A DNA stretch of 64,000 bases from assembly GCA_964016885.1 (NCBI GenBank), contig OZ024750.1:52452001-52516000 (forward strand), in the 5' to 3' direction. The DNA is from Eledone cirrhosa. Taxonomy: Eukaryota. Position 1 is the stretch's first letter; the number at the start of each line of letters is the position of its first letter. Below, in pieces: positions 1-12,639 of the stretch. Below the pieces are notes generated by a model that saw nothing but the letters and a program-made list of their open reading frames with translations, ran no database searches and was not told the origin of the DNA. Made by a program: the position numbers and the translations under genes.

Positions 1-411
1 ACCTGGGGAGAGAGAGAGAGTAATAGTTTGTAGACCTGGAGAGAGAGAGAGAGAGAGAGTAATAGTTTGAAGACCTGGAGAGAGAGAGAGAGTAATAGTT
101 TGTAGACCAGGAGGGAGAGAGAGAGAGAGAGTAATAGTTTGTAGACCTGGAGAGAGAGAGAGAGAGAGTAATAGTTTGTAGACCTGGAGAGAGAGAGAGA
201 GAGAGTAATAGTTTGTAGACCTGGAGAGAGAGAGAGAGAGTAATAGTTTGTAGACCTGGAGAGAGAGAGAGAGAGAGTAATAGTTTGTAGACCTGGAGAG
301 AGAGAGAGATAGTAATAGTTTGTAGACCAAGAGAGAGAGTAATAGTTTGTAGACCTGGAGAGAGAGTAATAGTGTGTAGACCTAGAGAGAGAGAGTAATA
401 GTTTGTAGACC
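1..411. repeat. Minisatellite ACCTGG(AG)nTAATAGTTTGTAG with variable (AG)n spacer
   Basis: About 11 tandem units visible; runs off the window start. Confidence 0.9.
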
Positions 412-667
412 CCAAGGGGTCTGTAGAAAGCAAATGTTTTACATCGTTACTTTATCAGGAACTGCTTCAAACTGCTTTTTCCTTGGTCTAAGACAGGCTA
501 TTTATATCTGTTGCCTCCTCTGTCCCCTGCCTTGAGAACCACCAGGGTGACCTCGAGAGATCTCCCACACATAGACTTGTTTACACCAAAAAGGAGGTAA
601 CCCAGAATTTGACCCTTAAATGTCACCCAGGGATGAAGGTGTGGACAAATTTTGTTACATATATAAT

Positions 668-851
668 TGTTTCTACTTTAGGCACAAGGCCAGCAATTAC
701 CCCAGTGCATTACTGGTACTTTATTCTATCGACCCCGTAAGGATGAAAGGCAAAGTTAACCTCGGCGGGATTTGAACTCAGATCGTAAAGGGACGTAACT
801 ATGCTGGAAAGCATGGCGTCCGACCCTCTACCGATACTGCCAATCCACCTC
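668..851 (-). mobile_element. tRNA-derived SINE, family 1 (central GCCTTTCATCCTTACGGGGTCGATA, Meta/MESC-like)
   Basis: B-box GAGTTCAAATCC; 14-bp TSD GTTACATATATAAT at 654-667 and 852-865. Near-identical to the copy at 55952. Confidence 0.85.
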
Positions 852-880
852 GTTACATATATAATGAATGAATGAGTGAT

Positions 881-1828
881 TATCATCAGCACTGTTTAAT
901 GTCCATTTTTCCATTCTGGCATGGGTTAGACGGGTTGTGATGAGACAAGTTTGCCATATTGTGAGACCATGTGTTGCTCATACAGAACTGATTTTGGCTT
1001 GATGCCCTCCCTAACACCATTTACAGAGTGTACTGGTTGCTTTTTGTTGTGTAGTCATCACAACCATTTTACTGAATGGGCTGGGGAATTGGGGGGGGGG
1101 GGATTGGAGAGGTAGATCTAGGGGTGTGTCTGAGGGGCAGAGTGTTCGAGCGTGGGTGGAGTGTTAGGACGTGAGAGGTGATGGAGGGATGTGGACGAAG
1201 GGAGAGGTATTAGGATGTGGAGGTGTATGGAGGGGGGAAGGTAGTACATACAAGATGTATGTTTTAACCCATGTACATGGGAAGGCAGGTCTTCTGTATA
1301 TAAGGCAGGTCTTCTGCATAATGCCAGAGATTTCGATCCTGTGTCATCACCTTTGAGAGGTGCAATTATGCAAGGTCAGCTTTTATCACTTCATTCTAAG
1401 TCTTCCTAGGTCTTCCTACTCCATAGCTTCCATCAACGTTGAGGCCCTGACACCTTTTTATACAGCCGTCATGCTTCTGCCCAGTTTCTCTCTCAATTCA
1501 CTTATGCTTTGTCGTTCATGTACATTACTATTATACATCCATCGGAGCATGCCAGCTTCCTTTCTTTCCAGTCTTCTCAGGTCCTCTGCACACAGTGCCC
1601 AGGTCTCACTGCCATGCAACATTGCTGTTCATATACACAGATCATACAATCTGCCCTTCATTTTGAGTGTAAAACCTTTTGTGGTTAGCAGCGGTAGTAG
1701 CGCCCTGAACTTTCTCCAGCCCAATCTCACTCTAGCTACAGTACTTTCAGAACATCCACCTCCACTGCTAATTTGTTTGCTCAGGAAACGGAAACTATCA
1801 ACTACTTCTACCGAGCTCTCTGGGCATT
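881..1828 (-). mobile_element. RTE LINE 3' fragment (degenerate)
   Basis: Homologous to the RT C-terminal region and 3' tail of the other RTE copies in this window. Confidence 0.8.
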
Positions 1829-1838
1829 TATAGGATGT

Positions 1839-2860
1839 ATCATCATCATCATCATCACCTATTTACGTCAATGTTTCCACACTAGCATGGGTTAGACGGG
1901 TTGTCCTGTTGTGAGCAATGCCAGATCAAGTGACCATGCCTTGCTCATACAGAACTGATTCTGGCTTGATTTCTACAGCTGGATACCCTTCCTAACACCA
2001 ACCTCATTTACAGTGGGTACTGGGTGCTTTTTTGTCGTGACACCTACACGACCATTTTACAGTGGGAGGAGTGTGGGAGCATATTGTCTATATGCTTCAG
2101 CTTCGTTTTGTACCCGTGGGAACTCAGGTTTTCTGTATTACTGCGTGACGCCAGAGGTCACAGTCCTGTGTGGCATCATCTTTGAGAGATGCAATTGGGC
2201 AAGGTCAGCTTTTATCACCTCATCCCAGGTCTTCTTGGGTCTCCCCCACTCCAAGGCTTCCCTCAACTTTTAATGCTCTGCACCTTTATATGCAACTGTC
2301 ATCCTTCATACGCATCACATGTCCATACCAACGCAATCTCCTCTCCTGCACACAATATTTGATTCCTCTTATGCTCAGTCTCTCTCTCAATTCATTTCTG
2401 CTTTGCCATTCGCGTATATTACTATTACACATCCATCAAAGCATACAAACTTCATTTCTTTCTAATCTACGCAAGTCTTCTGCACACAGCGCCCAGGTCT
2501 CTCTGCCATGCAATATTGCCATTCATATGCATGCATCATACAGTCTGCCTTTCATTTTGAGGGAAAAGCCTTTTGCAGCTAGCAGTGGCAGTAGCTCCCT
2601 GATCTTCTTCCATCCCGTTCTTACTCTGGATACTGTACTTTCCGAACACCCAGCTCCACTGTTAATTCGGTCACCTAGATAGTAGAAGCTGTCTACTGTT
2701 TCTACAGAGCCCTCCCCCCAGAGTTTGATACTTTTTGTTTCCTGTGGCTGCTTACTGTCCCAGTGCAACTGCTACATGTGATGCCTACATTCTTAGTTAG
2801 ACTTCCTGAGATCCCACTACATCTCATGTGCACCCATAGTTTGCATTTGGGGCAGAGGAT
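1839..2860 (-). mobile_element. RTE LINE, 5'-truncated
   Basis: VETVDSFYYLGD...ELLPLL; (GAT)n tail at 1839-1857. Confidence 0.9.
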
Positions 2861-3377
2861 ATCATTTCTATATATACTGAATGAATGGTGTATATATAAT
2901 AAATAAATGGTGTATATATGTGTGAATGTATAAGAGAGAAAACAGCTCAGTATATTTATTTTGGAATCCTTGGCAAGTGAGAAAACCTGCTCAACAACCA
3001 CATACCAGTCTTGCCAGTTTGTGTTTAATTATGTGTTATATATCTAAGAACAACTCCTGCTAGAGTCCTGCTAGTTACACCATGTCATGAGGCATTTTAT
3101 ATCTGGCAGGATCCATCTCTCTCCAAGTCTGAAAATAACCTCCAGAGATGGAGAAAGGGTAAGGAAGAGGAAGTGACAAAGAAGAAGAATCAACCCCAGT
3201 AATGGACTCATCCTGTTTTTATGAACCTTGATAAAAGGCAAAGCCAGCACCTGCCAGATGCTGTAAAGTATTCTATCTGACAATCTTGCCAATTTCTGGC
3301 CTTCTTATATGTAGGGTAGTTGTCGAGGGTGAGTAGACTGGGTGGAGCAATAAATCTTATTTACATGTATGTATATA

Positions 3378-4546
3378 TCATCATCATCACCGTTTTACGT
3401 CCGTTCTTCCACGCTAGCATGGGTTAGATGGGTTGTCCTGTTGTGGGCAGTGTCCAGTCGGCTGACCTTGTCTTGCTCATACAGGAACTGATTCTGGCTT
3501 GATTTCTACAGCTGGATGCCTTTCCTAACACCAACCTCATTTACAGTGAGTGCTGGGTGCTTTTTTGTCGTGGCACCTCCACGACCACTTTGCAGTGGGA
3601 GGGTGTGGGAGCATATTGTTTATATGCTTCAGTTTCAGCTTGTACCCGTGGGGGGGTCGGGTCTTCTGTATTACTGTGTGATACCAGAGGTCATGGTCGT
3701 GTGTCATCACCTTTGAGAGGTGTAATTGGGTAAGGTCAGTTTTTATCACCTCATCCCAGGTCTTCTTGGGTCTCCCCACTCCGCGGCTTCCATCGACTTC
3801 TAATGCTCTGCACCTTTTTATACAGCTGTCATCCTTCATATGCATCACATGTCCATACCAATGCAACCTCCTCTCCTGCACACAGCATTTGATTCCTCTT
3901 ATGTTCAGTCTCTCTCTCAATTTGTTTATGCTTTGCCGTTCGCGTATATTACTATTACACATCCATCGGAGCATGCAAGCTCCGTTTCTCTCTAATCTAC
4001 GTAAGTCTTCCACTTCAGCACCCAGGTCTCACTACCATGTAACATTGCTGTTCGTATACATGCATCATACAGTCTGCCTTTCATTTTGAGGGGAAAGCCT
4101 TTTGCAGCTAGCAGTGGCAGTAGTTCCCTGAACTTCTTCCATCCCGTTCTTACCCTAGTTATTGTACTTTCTGAACACCCACCTCTGCTGCTAATTCGGT
4201 CACCTAGGTAGCAGAAGCTGTCTACTGTTTCTACAGAGCCCTCTCAGAGTTTGATGGTGTTTGTTTCCGATGGCTGTTTGCTGCTTGCTGTCCCAGCGCA
4301 GCTGCTACATGTGAAGCCTACATTCTTAGTTAAGCTTCCTGAGATCCCACTACATCTCTTGTGTACCCATTGTTTGCATTTGGGGCAGAGAATGGAGTTC
4401 CTACCTACTGAGCAAGGCCATTTCCCTGAGGGGAATTGGGTTCTGTTTTCTCGTCTACTTACAAGGACCTTAGTCTTTGTCAGGTTGACATTGAGACCTT
4501 TTCTTTCTAGTCCCTGCTTCCAAGTTTGTAATTTCTTCTCCAGTTC
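3378..4546 (-). mobile_element. RTE LINE, 5'-truncated
   Basis: RRLHWYGHVMHM...GRPKKTW; (GAT)n tail. Confidence 0.92.
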
Positions 4547-4561
4547 TCCTGTTTATATATA

Positions 4562-5210
4562 ATCATCATCATCTTCGTTTAACGTCCATTTTCCACGCTA
4601 GCATGGATTAGATGGGAGTTGTCCCACTTGAGGCAAGGTTGGTCGCTCATATAGGTTTTCTACGGCTGGATGCCCTTCCTAACACCAACCACATTTACAG
4701 TGTGGAACTGGGAACTTTTTACCGTGTTACCTACATGGCCACATTAGTTTTTTCTCGTGACACCTACACGATCTCGATTTCATTATCTCATTTATTTGTA
4801 CTGGATGTTGTGGTACCAACTTTATAGAGAGAGGGTGGTGTTGGTGGGAGTGGGAGGATAGGGTAGGGGTAGTGGATTGGGGTGTATATTTGGTTAAGAG
4901 GTACCTACTGACTGTAGGTTTCGCTTTGTACATAGGCAAGGCGGGTCTTCTGTATTACTGCATAGCGCCAAAGATCTCGGTCCAGTGATATTGTCTTAGA
5001 GAGGTACAAGTGTGTAAGGTCGGAATTTATCAGATCGTCCCAGGTTTTTCTGGGTCTACCTACTCCGTAACTACCATCAATTTTGATCGCCCTGTACTTT
5101 TTTATACAGCTGTCGTCTTTCATGCGCATCACGTGGCCATACCAATGTAGTCGTCTCTCGAGTAAACAGCATCTGATCCCTCTTATTCCTAATTTCTCAC
5201 TTAGTTCATT
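4562..5210 (-). mobile_element. RTE LINE 3' fragment (second subfamily)
   Basis: RRLHWYGHVMRMKDD...GRPRKTW; 3' UTR shared with the copies at 6311 and 12640; (GAT)n tail. Confidence 0.9.
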
Positions 5211-5235
5211 TATATATATATAAATAATAATAATA

Positions 5236-5429
5236 ATTGTTTCTACTTTTGGCACAAGGCCAGCAATTATCCTAGTGTATTACTGGTACTTTATTTTATT
5301 GACCCCATAAAGGATGAAAGGCAAAGTTAAGCTCAGCAGGATTTGAACTCAGATCAGAAAGGGGCGTAACTCTGTGTTGCAAAGCCTGTTGTCCGACCCT
5401 CTATCGATACTGCCAAACCACCACCCTCA
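5236..5429 (-). mobile_element. tRNA-derived SINE, family 1
   Basis: Same sequence as 668-851, flanked by (AAT)n. A partial plus-strand copy lies at about 5698-5810. Confidence 0.85.
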
Positions 5430-6310
5430 TATATATAATAATAATAATAATAATAACAGTAATAAACGAAAGATATATACTTTATGTTTATATAAGTATG
5501 TTTATATAAGTTTTATATATAACATAAAGCAAAACATGTTCTCCTCAGACAAAATATTTAGAAAATGTATAACTTTTTCCTGATATGCTGGTAGACAAAC
5601 GAAGTGGACAGATCAGTGACCACCAGGCAAATATATATAATGAAATAAATAGAGATCATATAAAGTATATATCTTTCATTTATTACTATTATTATTATAA
5701 TCCCGCCGAGGTTAACTTTGCCTTTCATCCTTACGGGGTCGATAAAATAAAGTACCAGTAATGTACTGGGTAATTGGTGGCCTTGTGCCTAAAGTAGAAA
5801 CAATTATTATAATAGTACACTTGATAATTTTATACCGTTGAGTGGTTCACATCTGTTATGATCACAAATCAACTAACAGTTTTTCATTGATTTCTCTCTT
5901 TCTCTCTCTATATATATATATATATAGAGAGAGAGATAAGCAAGTATTGCAGCAAGAAAAATAAAATGTTGGTATGAAGGATATTAGGAATTTATTTGCT
6001 TTAACATATGTTTCTCTGTCTATTATACCCGTCTACATATGTTGACTACAATATATATTGTTCAATCATATGAAATACTTAATTATTTATTACACCTCAT
6101 CAGAAAGCCTATAATAGTGGAAGTCAACTATTCTCTTCACAGTAGAGCCAAACCTGCTACTTACCAACATACCATGGAAAAACACTACCTAGGCATTTCT
6201 CTAAAAAATATATCATATCCTCACAATAATGATTATCTCAAAGATATATATATATGTATATATATGCATATATATATAAACACAGTTTTTTACGAAAGGC
6301 ACCAAATTTA

Positions 6311-7637
6311 TTTCTATACGCAGATGATCTAACGCTCATAGCTGAATCAATGGCTGAACTAGAGAAGAATTCCAAACATGGAAGCAGGGCCTAGAATCTA
6401 AAAGCCTTAAAGTTAACTTGTCTAAGACTAAAGTTCTAGTTTGTAGAAAGGAAAATAAGGCACAGGTGCCCTCAGGGAAATGGCCATACTCAGTGTGTAG
6501 GAAAGGTGTAGGCAGAAATTCCATTTTATGTCCCAAATGCAAAGTATGGGTACATAAAAGATGTAGTGGGATCACATAGATTTTATATGTGGCCGATGCT
6601 CAGGTGCAATAAGTAGTAAGTGCCCACAGGATACTACCTCCTTCTATTGCCCAGATGGTTCTATAGAAATAGTAGACACTTTCCGTTACCTGGGTGACAA
6701 AATCAGCAGTGGTGGAGGGTGTTCTGAAAGTACAGTAGCCAGTCAGAATGGGATGGAAAAAGTTCAGAGAGCTTATACCGCTGTTGGCCGCTAAAGGGTT
6801 CTCTCTAAAAATGGAAGGCAGACTGTATGATGCCTGTATATGAACAGCAATGTTACATGGCAGTGAGACTTGGGCATTGTGTGCAGAGGACCTACGCAGA
6901 CTGGAAAGGAACGAAGCTTGCATGCTCTGTTGGATGTGTAATAGTAATATACGCGAACAGCAAAACATAAATGAACTAAGTGAGAAATTTGGAATAAGAG
7001 GGATCAGATGCTGTTTACTTGTGAGAAGACTACATTGGTATGGTCACGTGATGCGCATGAAAGATGACAGCTGTATAAAAAAGTGCAGGGCGATAAAAAT
7101 TGATGGAAGTTACGGAAAAAAGCCAGGGACGTGTTGATAAATTCCGACCTTACACACTTGCACCTCTCCAAGACAATGTCACTGGACCGAGATCTTTGGC
7201 GCCACATTGTAATACAGAAGACACGCCTTGCCTATGTACAAAGCGAAACCTACAGTCAGTAGGCACCTCTTAATCAAATATACACCCCAACCCACTACCC
7301 CTATGCCATCCTCTCACTCCCACCAACACCACCCCTTTCTCTGTAAAGTTGGTACCACAACATCCAGTCCAAACTAATGAGGTTGTGTAGGTGTCGCGAC
7401 AAAAAAAAACACAGTCCACGCTGTAATGTGGCTGTGTAGCTAACACGGTAAAAAGTTCCCAGTCCACACTGTAAATGTGGTTGGTGTTAGGAAGGGCATC
7501 CAGCCACAGAAAACCTGCCAGATAGTCCTATATGAGCGAGACACGGTGACCCAACCAACCTTGCCTCAAGTGGGACAATTCCCGTCTAACCCATGCTTGC
7601 GTGAAAGATAGACATTAATCGATGATGATGATGATGA
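6311..7637 (+). mobile_element. RTE LINE, 5'-truncated (from YADD)
   Basis: Begins at ctatacgcagatgat (LYADD); zinc-finger-like insert and RT thumb with frameshifts; (GAT)n tail. Confidence 0.92.
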
Positions 7638-7638
7638 T

Positions 7639-7815
7639 TGTCCCTCAGTACATCTTATGCTATATACTACGTTCCTAGTTTTGCAGTAAGTTTGTGGGCT
7701 TAGCTTGCAGACTATGCATTTCCTATCAGGACAGGGGGATCTTTGAAATGGGTATGTTTTGCAAATTAGGGTTTTTATGGGAATACCTGGTCTTTCAACT
7801 ATCTTCATTTGAGCT
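7639..7815 (-). mobile_element. Penelope-like element fragment (linker and start of GIY-YIG)
   Basis: KIVERPG...CPDRKCIVC...CKTRNVVYSIRC resembles the Cys-rich linker before the PLE GIY-YIG endonuclease. Confidence 0.7.
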
Positions 7816-8039
7816 TGTCTAGGGCCCTTCTAAATCTGTAAGAGAGAGCTTTGAAATACACAAAAGCCTTGGAGCCAAGCCAAGGGGTAATATGGCCCAG
7901 CTTAAGAATAACACATATATTATTATTTTTAATCTTCTTCTGGGGTCAATAAGTAAAGTACCAGTCAAATACTGGGGTTGATGTAATCGACTGTAAGGCA
8001 ACAGAAAAGAATCAAACTTGCTGTAGCATGATCTGGCAT

Positions 8040-9433
8040 TGCTTCCAACCTTCTCCCAAGAGGACGAACAACTCATTCTGCTTTTAAATTACTGCCAAAC
8101 CTGGTCACAAATGACAGTCCAATTTGTAACATAAGCAAAGGCTGAGGTTCAGCAGAAGTGTTGCGCCAATGCCACCTGATCATTTGGGAGGAATGTACCA
8201 TGTCACATAAAGGTGGAATGGGACCTCTTGATAAGACCTTACAGAACATAAGAGGCAACAATATATCTATGGGAGGAGTTACATTAGTTCTATGAGGAGA
8301 CTTCAGACAGACATTACCAGTCATTCTGAGAGGAATAAGAGCATGCATTATGTCTTCACAGTTATGGAATAAAGTACAGAAATTCCCCTTCAATACTAAC
8401 ATTCAAGCTTTATTACACAGGGATCAATGTGCAGAACAGAAGTCCTTCAATTAGAAAATGGGGCAGTACCAATTGATGGGAATGGTGATATCAACTTGGC
8501 TCATATTGGTATCATGGTGAATTCCCCAGATGAACTGAAGAACAGGGTATTTCCAGACTTAAGTAATCATTATAATTCATATAAATGGTTGTGTGAAAGG
8601 GCAATTCTTGCTAAAAAAAATGAGACATTAGCAAGGATTAACCATGAATGAATGAATAAGATTGCAACAGTCATTAAGAAGTACAATCAGTTGATTCAGT
8701 CCTTGATGAAAATCAAGCTGTCCACTACCCAACAGAGTTCCTTAATTCTCTTGAGCCACCTGGAACTCCTCCACATAAACATTTTCTGAAGGTAGAAGTC
8801 CCAATAATGCTTCTAAGAGATTTTGATCATCCTAAATTATGCAAAGGGACAAGGTTGATTGTGATGACATTATCACCTAATGTGATAGAAGCTGTCATCA
8901 TCACTGGATGTGCTTCTGAGGAAGATGTTTTCATTCCAAGAATTCCAATCAAACCAACAGACATGTCATTTGAGTTCAAATGAACACAATTCCCCGTACA
9001 ACTTTGCTTTGCAATGTCTATAAATAAAGCTGGAGGTCAGACTTTGAAATCTACTGGCTTGCACTTAAATTAGCCTTTAGTTTCTGATGGTCAACTTTAT
9101 GTTTGTTGCTCCAGGGTGGGTAGTTTACAAGACTTACTTATCTATGTTCCGAACCAGAAAACAATGAATGTTGTTTACCCAGCTCTTATGTAATTTCCTT
9201 CATCATATGTGATAGAATTTATCTCCCCTCATAAAAATGATAAATTTTGTATTTTCATTTTATATTTGTATCTGTATTATGAATTCAGAACTGATTTCAT
9301 CATGTACCTTAATGTACCTTAATTGAATAAATGGAATTTAGAATAACAAATTTCTATACAACATGTTTTGCTTTCTTTTTCTAATATATAAGGAACACTT
9401 TCATTCCCAGGCAATGCTGGGTGCCTCTGTTAG
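8040..9433 (+). mobile_element. Helitron remnant (PIF1-like helicase pseudogene and 3' end)
   Basis: Degenerate motifs LIIWEECTM, GDFRQTLPVI, WLCERAILA, YPTEFLNSL..PG.PPH, FIPRIP, QFPVQLCFAMSINK, GQLYV..SRV. Terminal hairpin CCCAGGCAATGCTGGG near 9406-9421 before a CTAG-like end. Confidence 0.88.
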
Positions 9434-10674
9434 AGGGCTTGCAGTTGGCCCTTTATCAATTTATCTGTGTGCCTGTCTGTCGTTCACAGCGCAAAGTACT
9501 ATGTTGTGGTAACCTGTCTTGCTAGAAATGACAGTGAAATAAAACCTTAGCTTCTACCACACACAGATGAAGTTGTATCTATCTTTGTATTACTCTTTCT
9601 GTCTCTAAGTATTCCTATTTAACTATTGCTAGGTACAGAAAACATTCTCCAAAGGAGAATCAACTGGATTTGTTTAGTATAATAATATAATTAACTTTCT
9701 CATCATTATACTGATGTTTGGAGCATTAAATTAAAGTTCTTACATAAAATTATGATGGAAGGTTTTCGTTTTTTTTATAGCTAAATAATGCAACACTTTA
9801 ATGCAACAGCTTTTTATCATAAAACCAGAGGCAGTTTCTGACAGTTTGGTATCAAAAGGTTTTAAATAAACTAAGAATATCTATTTCAATATACAGACAA
9901 ATTTATACATAGCTTGTGTACAGGGCTGTATTATTCATAAGACTTGTTAGACTGAAGCCTAAGATTCTTACCACAGGGATTAGGATCCTGTCAAATATAG
10001 TTGCTTCATATAAATATGAAGACATTAACTGTTAATGTTCATATGAGACTGCATTTGTATTTGGACCCCCCCCCCCCTCAACAAAAATAAATAACAACAA
10101 CAAAAAACAGTGCAATCACTACATCACATTAGAAATTCAAGTCTTTACTCTAATACTGCAAATTTTCACAATGATCTGTCCGTTAGTAAAGATATTACAA
10201 ATATTTGAACTAACAAACCTGTTTTCAGATATTTTCTTCTAAATCATAACAGGATATTATGAGTTAATACATTTTATTTTTCATCATAGGCCTATGATAA
10301 GTGGTAAACATCTGCTGATGGTTTCTTATCAATTATCAGACGCAGGTTTGTATGAAAAGGAATGTGTATAGACCAACAAATATTTTGACTTGAATTGAAA
10401 CATGTTCAATATATTTGATAGGTTAATAAATAAATCATAGTAAAGATTTGATTCCTGAGTGATGCTGGGTTTTTAATATGAAGCATTGACATCTTTTCAG
10501 TAGCAACTTTTAGAGGAAAATCTTATAAAAAATAGTTTTGATTCCCACATATTCTTTTATAGGAATGAAGGGTAAAATATATTTTACTAGGATTTGAACT
10601 GAGCAAGCAATGTGACTAGATCAGTGATGTCCATGCTCAACAGTATTTTGGGGTATTTTTACTGCCATATTATG

Positions 10675-10754
10675 TCACAAATCATTGTTTTTGATGTAAC
10701 GGTTCCCTTCTGAATGACGACCAAAATACATGTACCGGCTTTTACCATATCGTA
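10675..10754 (-). CDS. LRMDA: LRMDA last coding exon (VRYGKSRYMYFGRHSEGNRYIKNNDL*)
   Basis: tattttcag acceptor. Conserved C-terminal GKxRYxYxGxxSEGNRxIxxxxL; TGA stop at 10677-10675. Confidence 0.95.
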
Positions 10755-10859
10755 CTGAAAATATAAAAAATTTGAAACATGAAATATTAGGTCAAAACTT
10801 CTATTCCCATTTTTTTTGTCTTACTAGTTTTTACTCCTTTATTTCTAACTTATATTGTA

Positions 10860-11651
10860 TGATGCATGTATACGAACAGCAATGTTACATGGAAGTGAGA
10901 CCTAGGCGCTGTCTGTAGAAGACTTGCACAGATTAGAAAGAAACGAAGCCTGCATGCTCCGATGGATGTGTAATAGTAATATACGCAAACGGCAAAGTAT
11001 AAACGAATTGAGAGAGAGACTGAGCATAAGAGGAATCAAATGCTGTGTGCAGGAGAGGCGGTTGCGTTGGTATGGACATGTGATGCGTATGAAGGATGAC
11101 GGCTGCATAAAAAGGTGCAGAGCACTAGAAGTCGAAGGAAGCTGTGGAGTGGGGAGACCTAAGAAGACCTCGGATGAGGTGATAAAGGCCGACCTTACAC
11201 AATTGCACCTCTCAAGAGCAATGACACACGACCGTGACCTCTGGTATCACGCAGTAATACAGAAGACCCCCCCCCCACAGGAACAAGCTGAAGCTGAAGC
11301 ATATAGACACACATATGCCCCCACACCCTCCCACTGCAAAGTGGTCGTGTAGGTGCCACGGCAAACAAGCACCCAGCCCACACTGTAAAGTGGTCGTGTA
11401 GGTGCCACGGCAAACAAGCACCCAGCCCACACTGTAAAGTGGACGTGTAGGCGCCACGGAAAAAAAAGCACCCAGCACTCACTGTAAATGAGGTTGGTGT
11501 TAGGAAGGGCATCCAGCTGTAGAAATCAAGCCAAATCAGTTCCTGTATGAGCAAGGCATGGTCAGCGGACCAGACACTGCCCACAACAGGACAACCCATC
11601 TAACCCATGCTAGCGTGGAAGAATGGACATAAAACGATGATGATGATGATG
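10860..11651 (+). mobile_element. RTE LINE 3' fragment with tandemly repeated ~49-bp 3' UTR unit
   Basis: ORF 10924-11352 (RRLRWYGHVMRM); repeated GTGGTCGTGTAGGTGCCACGG unit; (GAT)n tail. Starts about 105 bp from the last LRMDA acceptor. Confidence 0.92.
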
Positions 11652-12639
11652 ATTGTACTGGCTTTCCCCAAAATAATCTTAACCACATATTTCAGAATAC
11701 TTCATATAAACTGTAAAGGATTTCACTGAAGCTGGATTATCTGGACATATAAAGTGGTTATGATAGAGTCAGATAAATAGACATCATCATCATCATCACC
11801 ATTTAACATTTATTTCCCATGGGTTGGATGGGTTGTTATGTTCTAACACTAAGTTCTGACAGGTTAGATGACCATATCTTGCTTATATGTTCCATGTTGC
11901 TATCATTTCTATGGTTGGATGCCCTTTCTAATACCAACCACTTTACAGTGAGTATTTAGTGCTGTACTACTTCACAGAGTGTACTGGGTGCATTTTATTT
12001 TATCACTCAACAGTGTACTGGGTACAATTTATCATGGTACCAGTACTACCACTTTACACAGTGTACTGGATGGATAAGTCTTATGAGCTATCAATTCTAG
12101 AGTCTGGTACTGATTGTACCCTCAGCTTGTCACATGTGACTATGTCATCATATTACACTATATTTTGTTTCTGCTCCTTATTAGTATTACTATTAACACA
12201 GTAATTCTTAAGGTTACCAACTATGGTGAAATACCAACTGTAGAATCCCATATCAGTAGCTGGACTCAAATATCAGCATTGAGTGTTCAAACTGGTTACC
12301 ATCAGTAATTAAACATCACGCACCAATAGGCTATATATGTGTGTGTGTGTGTGTGTGCAGAAAGTTCAGTAAATCTGAAGAAAACTGGTGAGAGAACCAC
12401 AGTCAGCACTCGATGCAGAGCAGAGTGTATATAATAAGAACAAAGTGGAGATGTTACATAGGAGATTTATTGCTCAATCCTGGTTGCAAATGTTCTCCAG
12501 CAGCTAGATCGTAGTCTGAGATGGCACCCCAGACCAGACTCAAAATCTACCTGATCCTCAGACCAGTGTTAACTCAATAAAAATCATATCAAATCTGTGG
12601 ACGAACCAGCAAAGACACAAACAAGCATATAGAATGACC

